Shown: in pieces, positions 35,681 through 46,820 of the stretch
How positions within the stretch are numbered: the stretch's first letter is position 1
Layout: the number at the start of each line of letters is the position of its first letter
NCBI GenBank assembly: GCA_964624945.1
Contig: CAZUYL010000001.1
Coordinates: forward strand, 1 to 46,892
Direction of reading: 5' to 3'
DNA length: 46,892 bases
Source: an uncultured Ruminococcus sp.
GTDB taxonomy: Bacteria; Bacillota; Clostridia; Oscillospirales; Acutalibacteraceae
Position numbers and translations under genes: made by a program
Notes under the pieces: model-generated
The model's input: only the letters and a program-made list of their open reading frames with translations
Told to the model about the DNA's origin: nothing
Databases searched by the model: none

Positions 35681-37768
35681 TTAATTGCTTGCAGTATTGT
35701 TTTTACTGCCGACATCTGAACTGTTGTTTTTTTCGGTGTTATCTGCCGATGATGTATCATTTTTATTTTTGTTGATATAATCTTTATATTTTGATAAATT
35801 TTCCAACTCGGTGGTTTTATCTTTTGAAGCATCAACCTTAACCGTTAAATAATCGTAATAAGCATTATCGTTACCGAAACGTATTTTTACGGTGTATTTC
35901 AACTCTTTATCGGTGCCTGCCATTTGGTCGAATGTGTAGGTGCTTATTTCACTGAAATCAAGCATTGCACTTTCTTTAACCATTTGACCGTCTTTCCATA
36001 AAGAGAAATATCCCGTTGTTTTTGATGTTGCCAATGTATTGTTTACAAAAACAGTAGGTGCAAATTTGTAATTAACAACACCTGTGCTTACGTAAATTTT
36101 AATTGTAGTGCCTTCGGCAACCTTGCTGCTTGAATTTGCATCGGGTTCCTGTGCGATTATATAACCCTTCGGATACTCTTTTTCGGTAGAACTTAAATCG
36201 CGTGATTCACTTTCAACCACAAGACCTGCTTTTTCAATATCGGATTTACCTTTTTCTTCGGTAAGACCTACGGTATTAGGAACATCTACCATTTTAACCT
36301 CTTTACCGTTGCTTACATATATTGTAACTTCACTACCGTAAGATACAATAGTTGTGCGAACAGGATCGGTTTTAATGATTTTGTTCTCTTCTACCTCATC
36401 GTCGGCAATGTGCTCTACATTAACCTTAAAGCCTTTACCCTTGAGTTCCGAAACACCTGCAGATTCGGCTTTGCCGTAAACATCGGGGATTTCGGTATTT
36501 TTAGCACCCTGACTTACAATAAGTGTTATTTGTGGGTTTCCTTTAAGTTTTTCACCGCTTTTTTGCGATTGTTCGCACACTTCACCCTGCTCATATTCGC
36601 TGTTATACTCGTATTCAAAATCTATTTCAAAAATATTATAATATTCGCTGTCTTGCACTTCTTTTACGGTCATACCCAAAAAGTCGGGACATTCTATTTC
36701 TTTACCTGTGTTTTTAAACAGTTTTGGTAAGAAAATAATAGCCAACACAATAATGGCAACCACAAGTGCCGATGCAATACCTATAAGAATAGGTATCATA
36801 TTATTTTTTTCTTTAGAATCGTCATCGTCAAAATCGTCATCTTCAATTTCAACAGCCGATGCAGGTGTAGATGACATAATTGTATCTACAAACTTTGTCG
36901 GTGAATTATCTACATAATAAGAATAATCGAAAACAGAGTCGGGATCTTTTTTAAACTGTTCTAAATCGCAAAGCAATTCCGATGCCGACTGATAGCGGCG
37001 TTCGGGTGTTTTTTGCATTGCGTGCATAGTTATTTGCTCAAGTCCCAACGGAATATTGGGGTTGATTTCGGTAGGTAGTTTGGGTTCACGTTGAAGTTGC
37101 ATAATGGCAACCGAAACGGCATTTTCAGCCTCGAACGGCAACTGACCTGTAAGCATTTCGTAAAGCATAACACCAACCGAATAAATATCGGTTTTTTCGT
37201 CGGTTTTTTCACCGCGTGCCTGTTCGGGACTTATGTAATGCACCGAACCTATAGCCTTATCGGTTATGGTGCGTTGTTCGTTACGGGCAAAACGTGCTAT
37301 ACCGAAATCGGCAACCTTAATTGTGCCGTCGGCCAAAACCATAATATTTTGCGGTTTAACATCACGGTGAACAATGCCTTTATCGTGTGCGTGCTGTAAA
37401 CCTTTTAAAACCTGTATTGTAAAATATACGGCATCTTGCCATCTAAGACTGCCCTGACGTTCAATAAATTCTTTTAAGGTAATGCCGTCAATATATTCCA
37501 TAACAATGTATTGAATAATATCACCGAAACTAACATCGTAAACCTTCACAATGTTAGGGTGTGAAAGCATTGCAATCGCCTTAGATTCATTTTTAAAGCG
37601 ACGGACAAACTCCTCGTTTGAAATAAATTCTTCTTTTAAAATTTTAATTGCAACAATACGGTTTTCAACGTTATCATAGGCTTTGTAAACTACAGCCATA
37701 CCGCCTACACCTATAATTTCTTTGATTTCGTATCTTCCGTCTAAGCGTTTACCTACAAATTTATCCAT
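35681..37768 (-). CDS. prkC: Ser/Thr protein kinase with extracellular PASTA repeats
   Basis: Kinase motifs HRDVKPQN and VADFGIA, a TM helix, three PASTA-like repeats, and a C-terminal Ig-like domain with an N/S/K-rich tail. Confidence 0.92.
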   Translation of the reverse strand: MDKFVGKRLDGRYEIKEIIGVGGMAVVYKAYDNVENRIVAIKILKEEFISNEEFVRRFKNESKAIAMLSHPNIVKVYDVSFGDIIQYIVMEYIDGITLKEFIERQGSLRWQDAVYFTIQVLKGLQHAHDKGIVHRDVKPQNIMVLADGTIKVADFGIARFARNEQRTITDKAIGSVHYISPEQARGEKTDEKTDIYSVGVMLYEMLTGQLPFEAENAVSVAIMQLQREPKLPTEINPNIPLGLEQITMHAMQKTPERRYQSASELLCDLEQFKKDPDSVFDYSYYVDNSPTKFVDTIMSSTPASAVEIEDDDFDDDDSKEKNNMIPILIGIASALVVAIIVLAIIFLPKLFKNTGKEIECPDFLGMTVKEVQDSEYYNIFEIDFEYEYNSEYEQGEVCEQSQKSGEKLKGNPQITLIVSQGAKNTEIPDVYGKAESAGVSELKGKGFKVNVEHIADDEVEENKIIKTDPVRTTIVSYGSEVTIYVSNGKEVKMVDVPNTVGLTEEKGKSDIEKAGLVVESESRDLSSTEKEYPKGYIIAQEPDANSSSKVAEGTTIKIYVSTGVVNYKFAPTVFVNNTLATSKTTGYFSLWKDGQMVKESAMLDFSEISTYTFDQMAGTDKELKYTVKIRFGNDNAYYDYLTVKVDASKDKTTELENLSKYKDYINKNKNDTSSADNTEKNNSSDVGSKNNTASN

Positions 37769-37785
37769 TACAGTATTATCCTTTC

Positions 37786-38511
37786 TTAATGGGATATAAC
37801 AACGGCGGTTATATTGTCTCTGCCACCGTTTTTATTGGCTTTTTGAATTAATAAATCTGAAATTTTATCGCAAGGGGTGTTGTTGGCAATGTACAAAATG
37901 TCGGTACCGTCTACAAAATTACTGAGTCCGTCGGTACAAAGTAACAACTTATCATCACTTGAAAAATCAACGCAATATGCATCGCACAAAATATCGTTTT
38001 CAACACCGAGTGCACGTGTAATAACATTTTTTTCGGGGTGAACACGTGCTTCCGACATGGACAGTTTGCCGCTTTCTACAAGTGACTGAACTACCGAATG
38101 GTCACGCGTTATTTGAGTTAATTTGCCGTTTATAAGATAGGCACGGCTGTCACCTACATTTACAATTACCGCTTTTTCACCGCGTACAACCGTAATTACC
38201 GCCGTGGTGCCCATTCCGTTTAAATCGGCATTGGTTTGTGACATATCAAATATTTCTATGTTAGCCGACACAACCGCATTATTTAAAAGCCTTGCAATAT
38301 CATCAAGAGTCATTGACGGGGCATAAGAATTAGTAACATAACGTGAAATTACTTCAACCGCAGTTTTGCTTGCAACATCGCCTGCATTGGCTCCGCCCAT
38401 ACCGTCGCACACAACGGCAAATGCTGAACCGTCCGACAAAATGTTTGCTGCGTATGCGTCTTGATTAACGTTACGTACCATACCTTTATCTGTTTTAGCA
38501 AAGATTTGCAC
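37786..38511 (-). CDS. prpC: PP2C-family Ser/Thr phosphatase
   Basis: VCDGMGGANAGD and LLLCTDGLSN motifs. Paired with prkC. Confidence 0.9.
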   Translation of the reverse strand: MQIFAKTDKGMVRNVNQDAYAANILSDGSAFAVVCDGMGGANAGDVASKTAVEVISRYVTNSYAPSMTLDDIARLLNNAVVSANIEIFDMSQTNADLNGMGTTAVITVVRGEKAVIVNVGDSRAYLINGKLTQITRDHSVVQSLVESGKLSMSEARVHPEKNVITRALGVENDILCDAYCVDFSSDDKLLLCTDGLSNFVDGTDILYIANNTPCDKISDLLIQKANKNGGRDNITAVVISH

Positions 38512-39604
38512 CGTCTATCTCCTCCTTCGTTTTCTTTTTCAACTGACCGCAAGAAGCGTTAATGTCGGCACCGAGTGTACGCCTTATAGTAGCGGTTACA
38601 CCCAAAGCCTCAAGTTTTTTTTGAAAAGCAAAAATTGCCTTGCGTTCGGGTTTTTTGAAAGTGTTTTCTTTTATAGGATTGGCGGGAATTAAATTTACGT
38701 GACACATTATGCCTTTAAGCCGCCTTGCTAATTCTTTTGCGTTGGCATCGCTGTCATTTACGCCTTCTATTAAAGCATACTCAAAACTTATACGGCGTGT
38801 TGTTACCTTTTGATAATCTTTACAAGCCGAAAGCAATGCATCAATATTCCACTTTTTGTTAACTGGCATTGTTTTGCTTCGGATTTCATCATTCGGGGCG
38901 TGAAGCGATATTGAAAGTGTAATGGGCATATTATACTCGGCTAACCTACGTATTCCGCTAACTACACCCGATGTAGAAAGTGAAATGTGCCTAAGTCCTA
39001 TGTTAAGACCGTTTTCATCGCTTACAAGTTGCAAAAACTTAACACTGTTGTCAAAATTGTCAAGCGGTTCGCCCATACCCATCATAACTATATTAGATAC
39101 ACGCACGTTATTGTCTTTTTGTGCGTATGTAATTTGTGAAAGCATTTCAGATGCCGTTAAGTTACGGGTAAGCCCGTAAATACCGGATGCACAGAATTTA
39201 CAACCCATACGGCAACCTACCTGCGTAGATATGCAAACGGTGTAGCCGTGCTCGTATTTCATAACAACCGATTCGATTAACTCGCCGTCAAAAAGTTCGT
39301 AGACGTATTTTACCGTGCCGTCAATTTCGGACACATACTTTTTAAGCGGAGTAACCGTGGCTATATAGCAGAAATTTTCAAGTTGTGCACGCAAAGTGGC
39401 GGGTACGTTGGTCATTTCATCAAAAGACACAACACCCGATTGCAACCATTTAAAAACTTGCAACGCCCTGAATTTAGGCTGACCTAAATTGTTTGTAAGT
39501 TCGGTTAATTCTTGTAAATTTAAAGACTTAATATCAATTTTATTTAAAATAAAATCACCTGCTTTTTTGCAAGAGTGCACAATAGAAACCGTCGGTGCCG
39601 TCAA
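38495..39604 (-). CDS. rlmN: 23S rRNA/tRNA (adenine-C2)-methyltransferase RlmN (radical SAM)
   Basis: GCRMGCKFCAS radical-SAM cluster and an FRALQVFKW N-terminal motif. The annotated start is TTG and overlaps rsmB by 50 nt, so the exact start is uncertain (alternative GTG at 39580). Confidence 0.88.
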   Translation of the reverse strand: MTAPTVSIVHSCKKAGDFILNKIDIKSLNLQELTELTNNLGQPKFRALQVFKWLQSGVVSFDEMTNVPATLRAQLENFCYIATVTPLKKYVSEIDGTVKYVYELFDGELIESVVMKYEHGYTVCISTQVGCRMGCKFCASGIYGLTRNLTASEMLSQITYAQKDNNVRVSNIVMMGMGEPLDNFDNSVKFLQLVSDENGLNIGLRHISLSTSGVVSGIRRLAEYNMPITLSISLHAPNDEIRSKTMPVNKKWNIDALLSACKDYQKVTTRRISFEYALIEGVNDSDANAKELARRLKGIMCHVNLIPANPIKENTFKKPERKAIFAFQKKLEALGVTATIRRTLGADINASCGQLKKKTKEEIDGANLC

Positions 39605-40826
39605 TATGCGGCATAAACGTATGTTGGTATTTTAACTCAAAACCGCTATGTTTGTCAAGAAAAGCGTTAACAACGCCCTCATTCTCACACTTTCTGAGTG
39701 TGCAGGTAGAATATAAAATCTTACCGCAGGGTTTTAAATAAGATGCGGCATTTTCAAGAATTTTATACTGTATGTCGGTAATATCGGCATATTCCGAAAT
39801 ATCTTTATACTTAATTTCGGGTTTACGCCTTATAACACCAAGCCCCGAACACACAACATCGCACAAAACGGCATCAAACTCACCAAAAGAATTGTTTTTT
39901 ACGGTGGCATCGTTTTGTAAAACCGAAATATTTGAAATACCCAAACGTGCGGCGTTTATTTTTATAAGTTCCAAACGTTTTTGGTACAAATCACAAGCCG
40001 TAATTTTGCCTGTGTTTTTCATATACTGTGCCATTGTAAAGGTTTTGCCGCCCGGTGCCGCACAAATATCAAGCAAGTTGCTGTTCTCTTCGGGAGAAAG
40101 TATTTTAACTGCCGTTTGTGACGCAATATCCTGAACGTGAAACAAACCGTCTTTATAAGCACGGCTTTTTGCTATATCAATACCGCCTACAACCTTTAAG
40201 GCGTTTTCAAATGGCAATATTTGAGCATCTATATTTTCTTCTTTTAACCTTTCGGCTAAGGTTGAAATATCGGTTTTTAAAGTGTTAACACGCAAAATTA
40301 CGGGTGGTGAACACAATGAATATTGCAACAAGGCTACCGTGTTTTCAATGCCGTAATCGGTTATAAAACTTTCAACTATCCACTCAGGGCAAGAAAATTT
40401 TACACTTAATGATTTTGCATCACTTAAATCGGGCAACACAATTTCACTTCTTAATATGTTTCGCAAAACACCGTTGACAAAGCCCGAAAGATGCTTATAT
40501 TTAGAGTTTTTAATTAATTTAACCGCTTCATCAACCGCCGCACTGTTTGGAATTTTATCCATATACATAATTTGATAAAGTGCCAAACGCAAAACCTCAA
40601 GTGCGGTAGGCTGTACCTTTTTAATGGAATTTTTTATATGTTGAGATATTACATAATCAAGCGTTATTGTGCGATCTAAAACTCCGTAAAAACAAGCGGT
40701 AACAAAGGCACGGTCTACGGGAGTTAAATCGGCTTCCGCCAAAAATTTATTAAGTGTTATGTTTGAATATGCACTGTTGCGAACATTTAACAATGCGTTT
40801 AATACAACTTTTCTCGGATTAGCCAT
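39555..40826 (-). CDS. rsmB: 16S rRNA (cytosine967-C5)-methyltransferase
   Basis: NusB-like N-terminus, SAM motif CAAPGGKT, and catalytic cysteines in DVVCSG and YSTCT. Confidence 0.88.
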   Translation of the reverse strand: MANPRKVVLNALLNVRNSAYSNITLNKFLAEADLTPVDRAFVTACFYGVLDRTITLDYVISQHIKNSIKKVQPTALEVLRLALYQIMYMDKIPNSAAVDEAVKLIKNSKYKHLSGFVNGVLRNILRSEIVLPDLSDAKSLSVKFSCPEWIVESFITDYGIENTVALLQYSLCSPPVILRVNTLKTDISTLAERLKEENIDAQILPFENALKVVGGIDIAKSRAYKDGLFHVQDIASQTAVKILSPEENSNLLDICAAPGGKTFTMAQYMKNTGKITACDLYQKRLELIKINAARLGISNISVLQNDATVKNNSFGEFDAVLCDVVCSGLGVIRRKPEIKYKDISEYADITDIQYKILENAASYLKPCGKILYSTCTLRKCENEGVVNAFLDKHSGFELKYQHTFMPHIDGTDGFYCALLQKSR

Positions 40827-40829
40827 AAC

Positions 40830-41753
40830 TTATTCTACTTTACTTCCCAATTCAATTTTATGACCGTTTAACATTTGTGCCGCCGACATAACCTTTGCAC
40901 CTTCGGGTTGAACGGTAATAAATTCTACCGAAACATCTTTGCAAGAAATAACCAATCTGTTATCGTTAGCAACTACAATGCCGCAAGAATTTTCCGTTAA
41001 ATCGGATTTTTTTGCCTTTATAACCTTTATGCGTTTACCGTTTAAAAAACAGAATGCACACGGCCAAGAATAATATCCGCGAACTGCATTGCAAATTTCA
41101 TCGGCTGTTTTTGAAAAATCTAAATGTGCCATTTCTTTTTTTATTATGGGTGCATAGGTTGCCTGACTGTGATTTTGCGGCACGGGGTTTAATTCGCCCT
41201 TTTCGGCTTTTTTTAAAGTTTTAACCATTAAATCTGCCGACATTACTGCAAGGCGATCAAAAAGTTGTTCGGCGGTCTCATCGTCACCTATTTTGGTGAC
41301 AACCGTTTCTAAAATATCACCTGTGTCCATACCCTCGTCCATTAGCATTGTAGAAACGCCGGTTTCGGTTTCACCCGTAACTATTGACCATTGTATAGGT
41401 GATGCCCCGCGAAGTTTAGGCAAAAGCGATGCGTGACCGTTTATACAACCGTATTTTGCAATATCGAGTATTTCTTTTGGCAAAATTTTACCGTAAGCCA
41501 CAACTACAATAACATCGGGTTTAATTTCGCTCAAAATTTTATATGCTTCGCCGTCACGCAAAGTGTTTGGTTGATACACCGTTATATTATTTTCGAGTGC
41601 CAATACTTTTGTAGGCGGAGGTGTTAATATTTGCTTTCTGCCTACCGGTTTATCGGGTTGAGCGAATACAGCGGCAATATCGTAATTTTCATCTATTAAT
41701 TTTTTAAGTGTAACTGCGGCGTAATCGGGAGTGCCCATAAAAACAATACGCAT
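40830..41753 (-). CDS. fmt: Methionyl-tRNA formyltransferase
   Basis: HASLLPKLRGASPIQ motif. Confidence 0.93.
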   Translation of the reverse strand: MRIVFMGTPDYAAVTLKKLIDENYDIAAVFAQPDKPVGRKQILTPPPTKVLALENNITVYQPNTLRDGEAYKILSEIKPDVIVVVAYGKILPKEILDIAKYGCINGHASLLPKLRGASPIQWSIVTGETETGVSTMLMDEGMDTGDILETVVTKIGDDETAEQLFDRLAVMSADLMVKTLKKAEKGELNPVPQNHSQATYAPIIKKEMAHLDFSKTADEICNAVRGYYSWPCAFCFLNGKRIKVIKAKKSDLTENSCGIVVANDNRLVISCKDVSVEFITVQPEGAKVMSAAQMLNGHKIELGSKVE

Positions 41754-41757
41754 TTAA

Positions 41758-42207
41758 TTATTTTCTCCTTTTGGCGTGGTCAATGTAGAGTATACCGTCA
41801 AGGTGGTCAATTTCGTGGCAGAGAGCACGTGCCTTTAAACCCTCACCCGTAACTACAATATTTTCGCCGTAACGGTTTTGTGCACGTACGGTTACCTTCA
41901 TAGGTCTTTCAATAAGTTCTGCCCTGTCGGGAATTGAAAGGCAACCCTCACGGTCGGTTTGGGTTTCTTCACTTTTTTCGGTTATTACAGGGTTAATAAG
42001 TTCAATAATTCCGTCACCCACGTCAATAACGCAATAACGTCTTAACAAACCAACCTGCGGTGCAGCAAGACCTACGCCTTCAGCGGCATACATTGTTTCT
42101 GCCATATCATCAAGTATTTGGTGTAATTTTTCATCAAAAGTTAACTGTGTGCGGCATACTTTACGCAATACGTCGTCGCCGATTTTTACAATATTTCTTT
42201 TTGCCAT
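41758..42207 (-). CDS. def: Peptide deformylase
   Basis: GLAAPQ, EGCLSIP and HEIDHLDG motifs. Confidence 0.93.
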   Translation of the reverse strand: MAKRNIVKIGDDVLRKVCRTQLTFDEKLHQILDDMAETMYAAEGVGLAAPQVGLLRRYCVIDVGDGIIELINPVITEKSEETQTDREGCLSIPDRAELIERPMKVTVRAQNRYGENIVVTGEGLKARALCHEIDHLDGILYIDHAKRRK

Positions 42208-42219
42208 ATTTATCCTCTT

Positions 42220-44646
42220 TTATATTATTGTTTCGGGATTGATATCAATGCCTATATAAGTGTCTCTTTTCAACTTTATATCTGTTGCGATTTTTATCAT
42301 TTCACGAAACTTTTTACTGTTTTTTGTTTTTATTATAATTCTATATCGGTATTTGTTGTTCACTTTCGGTACAGATGCCGCCGACGGCCCTAAAATAATA
42401 AGTTTTATATTGGAATATTCGCCGTCGGTAAGTTTTTTTATGTTACCGAATACCGTATTCATAGTATCAAATGCCGCAGATTGATCGCCACTTTGAACAT
42501 AAATCATACAAATGTCGCAAAAAGGCGGAAAAATCATTAATTTGCGGTTAAGTATTTCTTCTTTGTAAAAAGCATCATAATCTTGATTTTGTGCAAGCGT
42601 TATAATGTTATTTTCGGTGTCGTTGGTTTGTATAACGGCAATTCCGCTATCGGTTGACCTACCTGCCCTTCCTACAACTTGAGTAAGCAATGAAAACGTA
42701 CGTTCAAAACCGCGGTAATCATCGCTGTATAATGCACGGTCGGCACCAATTACACCTACAAGCGTAACGTTTGGAAAATCAAGCCCCTTTGCCACCATTT
42801 GCGTGCCTATCATTATGTTGTATTCACCGTTGGCAAAAGCGGTAAGGTTGTTTGAATAAGAATCACGTGTTAGGGTGCTGTCGGCATCAAGACGTAAAAT
42901 TTTAGCCTCAGGAAAAAGCAATGACAGTTCCTCTTGCAACTTTTGTGTACCCGAACCCGAAAAACGCAAAAATTCACTGTTACATTCGGGGCATTTTTTA
43001 GGAACCTGTTGCGAAGAATTGCAATAATGACACATAAGCCGTTTATTTGCCGAGTGGTAAGTAAGCGATATACTGCAATTTTCACAGGTGGCAACCCAAC
43101 CGCATTCATTACAACTGACATACGTATTATGTCCGCGGCGGTTAAGCAAAATGATTGCCTGTTTGTTTTTATTTAAGGTTTCGGCTATTCTGTCGGCAAG
43201 TTGGCGGCTAATATCCGACGAATTGCCGTCGGTAAGTTCTTTTTTCATATCAACAAGTTCAACTTGCGGTAATGTGGAATTACCGTAACGCTCTTTTAAA
43301 GTAAACATTTTATATTTACCCGAAAGTGCGTTTGTGTAACTTTCTACCGAAGGGGTAGCCGATGCCAAACAGAGCAGACAGTTATGATACGCCGCCCTGA
43401 AACGTGCAACATCACGTGTGTGAAAACGCGGTGTTTTTTCGGATTTATAGGTGTGTTCCTGCTCTTCGTCTATAATAATAAGACCTAATTTTGAAAAGGG
43501 TGCAAATATAGCACTTCTTGTACCTATAGCAATTAATGCCTTGCCCTGCTTAATGCGGTTGTATTCATCCATACGTTGACCCAGCGACATAGCACTGTGA
43601 AAAACCGCTATTTTACTGCCGTAACGTTCGCTGAAAATTTTTATCATTTGCGGTGTTAAGGCAATTTCGGGAACCATTACTATTACGCCCTCGCCTTTTT
43701 CGGAAATTTTATCCGCAAGCGATAAAAACACTTTGGTTTTACCGCTGCCGGTAACACCGTATAAAAGTGCCGTTTCGGATTTTTTTGACCGGCACAAATC
43801 CAACAAACCGTTATACGCGTTTTGCTGTTCGGGGGTGAGTTCAATCGGTTCACGGTTTGGGGCAAAACTGTCGGTAGCATAGGGTAATCTGAATTCCTGC
43901 TTTTCGTAAGATATAAAAACACCTTTTTTTTCAAGCGAATTGATTACCGAAAGCGAAACGCCCGTAAAATACTGCAATTCTTTAACCGATACACCGCCTG
44001 AAGCGTCTACAATATCGTAAATTTCTTGCTGGCGTGGAGTAAGTTTAGGCAAAGAAACAGAGTCGTAATTAACACGAACCCAACGGCGAGTAAAATCCTG
44101 CATACGCCGTACGGGTAATAAATTTTTAACTGCGGCATTTTTATTTAAAAGACTCAATAAAACATCGCTTGAATTTTCAAAACGGGTATTGATTTTTTTG
44201 AATTGTTGTTCACCGTTTTTCACCAAAAAATCATATATTTCAAATTCATTATCGGTTAAATCCGATGAATTTTCAAATTCGCCGTTTGCAGAGTAATAAT
44301 CGGTAAGATTATAATTTAACCCCGCAGGCAACATTGTGTGAATAGCATCAAAATATGTGCAAAAAACATACGATTTAAGCCATTTGCACATTTTAATCAT
44401 TTCATCGTTAAGTATGGGTTCATTATCGGTAACCGATATAATTTGCTTTGTTTTAGAGGTGATTTCCGCCTCGTAAACATCAAAAATCATACCCTGTTTT
44501 TTAATGTTACCTTTACCGAACGGTACCGTTACCCTGCACCCGGGTAAAGCGGTTTTTAAAAGGTCTTGAGGCACGGCATATGTATAACATTTGTCAAAAG
44601 AGCCGATAGCACCGTCAATTACAATCTCTGCAACAAACTTACACAT
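42220..44646 (-). CDS. priA: Primosomal protein N' (replication restart helicase PriA)
   Basis: Walker A GVTGSGKT, a DEEQEH box, and the Cys-rich Zn region CNECGW..CENC..CHYC..CPEC. Confidence 0.93.
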   Translation of the reverse strand: MCKFVAEIVIDGAIGSFDKCYTYAVPQDLLKTALPGCRVTVPFGKGNIKKQGMIFDVYEAEITSKTKQIISVTDNEPILNDEMIKMCKWLKSYVFCTYFDAIHTMLPAGLNYNLTDYYSANGEFENSSDLTDNEFEIYDFLVKNGEQQFKKINTRFENSSDVLLSLLNKNAAVKNLLPVRRMQDFTRRWVRVNYDSVSLPKLTPRQQEIYDIVDASGGVSVKELQYFTGVSLSVINSLEKKGVFISYEKQEFRLPYATDSFAPNREPIELTPEQQNAYNGLLDLCRSKKSETALLYGVTGSGKTKVFLSLADKISEKGEGVIVMVPEIALTPQMIKIFSERYGSKIAVFHSAMSLGQRMDEYNRIKQGKALIAIGTRSAIFAPFSKLGLIIIDEEQEHTYKSEKTPRFHTRDVARFRAAYHNCLLCLASATPSVESYTNALSGKYKMFTLKERYGNSTLPQVELVDMKKELTDGNSSDISRQLADRIAETLNKNKQAIILLNRRGHNTYVSCNECGWVATCENCSISLTYHSANKRLMCHYCNSSQQVPKKCPECNSEFLRFSGSGTQKLQEELSLLFPEAKILRLDADSTLTRDSYSNNLTAFANGEYNIMIGTQMVAKGLDFPNVTLVGVIGADRALYSDDYRGFERTFSLLTQVVGRAGRSTDSGIAVIQTNDTENNIITLAQNQDYDAFYKEEILNRKLMIFPPFCDICMIYVQSGDQSAAFDTMNTVFGNIKKLTDGEYSNIKLIILGPSAASVPKVNNKYRYRIIIKTKNSKKFREMIKIATDIKLKRDTYIGIDINPETII

Positions 44647-44680
44647 ACCGACTCTCCCCCTTTTTGTTATTAAATTTTAA

Positions 44681-44863
44681 TTAAATAAGATTTTTTTCGC
44701 TTGCAACTTTGTTAATTGCAATGCTTACTGGTTTTTCAAGCAAAATTTCCTCGTTTGCTTCAGCCTCGTTTGCGATTTCTCTTGCACATTTTGAAACCTC
44801 GGTAACAAGACCATAGCGGTTTTCATAATTTTCAATAAGTTTACCTATTGCCGGATTTAACAT
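44681..44863 (-). CDS. rpoZ: RNA polymerase omega subunit
   Basis: 60 aa with NRYGLVTEVSKCAREI... Conserved position between gmk and priA. Confidence 0.85.
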   Translation of the reverse strand: MLNPAIGKLIENYENRYGLVTEVSKCAREIANEAEANEEILLEKPVSIAINKVASEKNLI

Positions 44864-44888
44864 AATAATTTTCCTTTCAAAATAATTT

Positions 44889-45494
44889 TTATTCAGATAA
44901 TACCTGATTTATAAAATCAAGATTACGGTCTGTTTTAAATTTGTCTGTGTTCATAATTTCTGCCACAGCATTAACAGCGTTTTCGAGTTCGTCGTTTACA
45001 ACAATATAATCGTAATTTTTAGCGGCGGACACCTCACGTAACGATTCAGCAAGTCTTTTTTCAATAACTTCGTCTGAATCGGTACCGCGTCCGCTTAAAC
45101 GTTTTTTAAGCACCTCAAAAGATGGCGGCATAATAAAAATGCTTACGGCATCGGGCATTTTTTGACGTATTTGTGCCGCACCGTTTACGTCAACCTCAAT
45201 AATCATATCACGGCCCGAATTAATGCACTCAATAACGGGTGTTTTTGGTGTGCCGTAATAATTGCCCACAAAAACATTGTATTCAAGCAATTCGTCATTG
45301 CTTAACATCGCTTCAAAATGCTCACGCGTAACAAAATTATATTTTTCGCCCTCAACCTCACCTACTCGCATATCACGCGTAATTGACGATATTGAAAACG
45401 CAACTTCGGGTAAACGCTCAAACACCTTTTTGAGAACGGTGTCTTTGCCGGAACCCGACGGGCCCGAAATAATATAAACTCTGCCTTTATTCAT
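44889..45494 (-). CDS. gmk: Guanylate kinase
   Basis: P-loop GPSGSGKDT; 201 aa. Confidence 0.93.
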   Translation of the reverse strand: MNKGRVYIISGPSGSGKDTVLKKVFERLPEVAFSISSITRDMRVGEVEGEKYNFVTREHFEAMLSNDELLEYNVFVGNYYGTPKTPVIECINSGRDMIIEVDVNGAAQIRQKMPDAVSIFIMPPSFEVLKKRLSGRGTDSDEVIEKRLAESLREVSAAKNYDYIVVNDELENAVNAVAEIMNTDKFKTDRNLDFINQVLSE

Positions 45495-45756
45495 CTAAAT
45501 CCTCCCCGTCATCAACCGCATTTTCATCATGCAAGCGGTTAGAAACCGTTTCAGCCTGCAAATACGTTAAAATTATATGATCGCTGTCGGTAATAATAAC
45601 CGCACGGGTTCTTCTGCCGTGGGTAGCGTCTATAAGTGTGCCACGCTCTTTAGCATCTTGAACAATACGCTTTATAGGTGCAGATTCGGGACTTACTATA
45701 GCAACCATTCTGTCAGCCGAAACAAGATTGCCGAAACCGATATTTACAAGCCGCAT
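45487..45756 (-). CDS. remA: RemA/YlzA (DUF370) family regulator
   Basis: [30 protein letters not shown]... Overlaps the gmk start by 8 nt. Confidence 0.85.
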   Translation of the reverse strand: MRLVNIGFGNLVSADRMVAIVSPESAPIKRIVQDAKERGTLIDATHGRRTRAVIITDSDHIILTYLQAETVSNRLHDENAVDDGEDLDE

Positions 45757-45766
45757 AACGCACCCC

Positions 45767-46645
45767 TTACTCTATATTTTGTATTTGTTCACGGATTTTT
45801 TCAATCTCGGATTTTATTTCAACCACATTTTTTGTGATTTCCATATCTTGACATTTAGAACCTATTGTGTTTGTTTCACGGTTCATTTCTTGCACAATAA
45901 AATCGAGTTTTCTGCCTATTACACCGCCGCCGTCTAACATAGAACACAAAGACTGTATATGACTGCGAAGACGTACCGTTTCTTCAGCAACGGCTATTTT
46001 GTCGGCAAAGATTGCCGTTTCGGTTATAAGACGTTGCTCATCAATTTGAACATCTGCAATGAGTTCTTTCATTCTCATTTCAAGTTTTTCACGGTATTCA
46101 CGTACCGTTTGCGGTGAACGTTCTTCAATAAAAGCAACCATTTTAAGTATATATTCAGCCCTGCTTTTTACATCGGCTACCAAACGTTCGCCCTCGATTG
46201 CTCTGGCATCTATGAAGCCGTCAATGGCAATCTCGGCAGCGGCAAGCACCGCTTTTTTAACAAGTTCTTCATCAAAATCACGTTTTTTAACCGTAAAAAT
46301 TTCAGAATTGCCGATAATTGAAGATGCTTTAATATCATCTTTAAGTTTGTAATCTTTTGCAAATTTATGCAAAGCCGAAACATATGCGGTTGCATATGCA
46401 TCGTTAACGGCAAGTTCAACCGACTGCGAAGAGGTGTCTTCATACTGAACCGAAACCTCAACTTTACCGCGAGAAATTTTTTGTTGGCAAAGTGATTTTA
46501 AAGAATCGTCTAAAAACTGAAAAGACCTCGGTATACGTGAACTGTATTCAAAATACCTATGATTTACCGACTTGATTTCAACGGTAATGTTAAAATCGTT
46601 TTCGGTTACCTTTCCACGACCGAAACCGGTCATACTTGTTACCAT
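45767..46645 (-). CDS. yicC: YicC/YloC family stress-induced protein
   Basis: SMTGFGRG N-terminal motif and a C-terminal DUF1732-like [12 protein letters not shown]. Confidence 0.85.
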   Translation of the reverse strand: MVTSMTGFGRGKVTENDFNITVEIKSVNHRYFEYSSRIPRSFQFLDDSLKSLCQQKISRGKVEVSVQYEDTSSQSVELAVNDAYATAYVSALHKFAKDYKLKDDIKASSIIGNSEIFTVKKRDFDEELVKKAVLAAAEIAIDGFIDARAIEGERLVADVKSRAEYILKMVAFIEERSPQTVREYREKLEMRMKELIADVQIDEQRLITETAIFADKIAVAEETVRLRSHIQSLCSMLDGGGVIGRKLDFIVQEMNRETNTIGSKCQDMEITKNVVEIKSEIEKIREQIQNIE

Positions 46646-46684
46646 AATTCACACCACGCATAAAAACATATTAGAATTCATATT

Positions 46685-46713
46685 ATTATATCAATATTTG
46701 CCGTAAATGTCAA
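46685..46713 (-). promoter_or_regulatory. Consensus promoter of the yicC-led gene string (TTGACA-17-TATAAT, TGa-extended)
   Basis: Minus-strand TTGACA at 46713..46708 and tgaTATAAT at 46690..46685. Confidence 0.65.
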
Positions 46714-46775
46714 ACACTATTACACCAAAGCGGTGCTGCAGCAAAAAAAATTATACGGTTTTGCAAAATTAAATC

Positions 46776-46804
46776 TTGACGGCATATAAATTTTATGTTA
46801 TTAT
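46776..46804 (+). promoter_or_regulatory. Putative promoter of tRNA-Gly (TTGACG-17-TATTAT, TGt-extended)
   Basis: TTGACG at 46776-46781 and tgtTATTAT at 46799-46804. Confidence 0.6.
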
Positions 46805-46820
46805 ATTAACCGTTGAATTT

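Noticed and set aside
35647-35835. 62-aa minus-strand ORF across the prkC/rsgA junction.
   Set aside because: It is out of frame within the prkC C-terminal tail and the rsgA start region. It is a shadow ORF.
44647-44888. Absence of coaBC between rpoZ and priA, and of rpe after rsgA, relative to Bacillus gene order, considered as evidence of deletion or rearrangement.
   Set aside because: The intergenic gaps are short and clean, with no scars or repeats. Gene order differs among Firmicutes, so this is not informative without comparison genomes.
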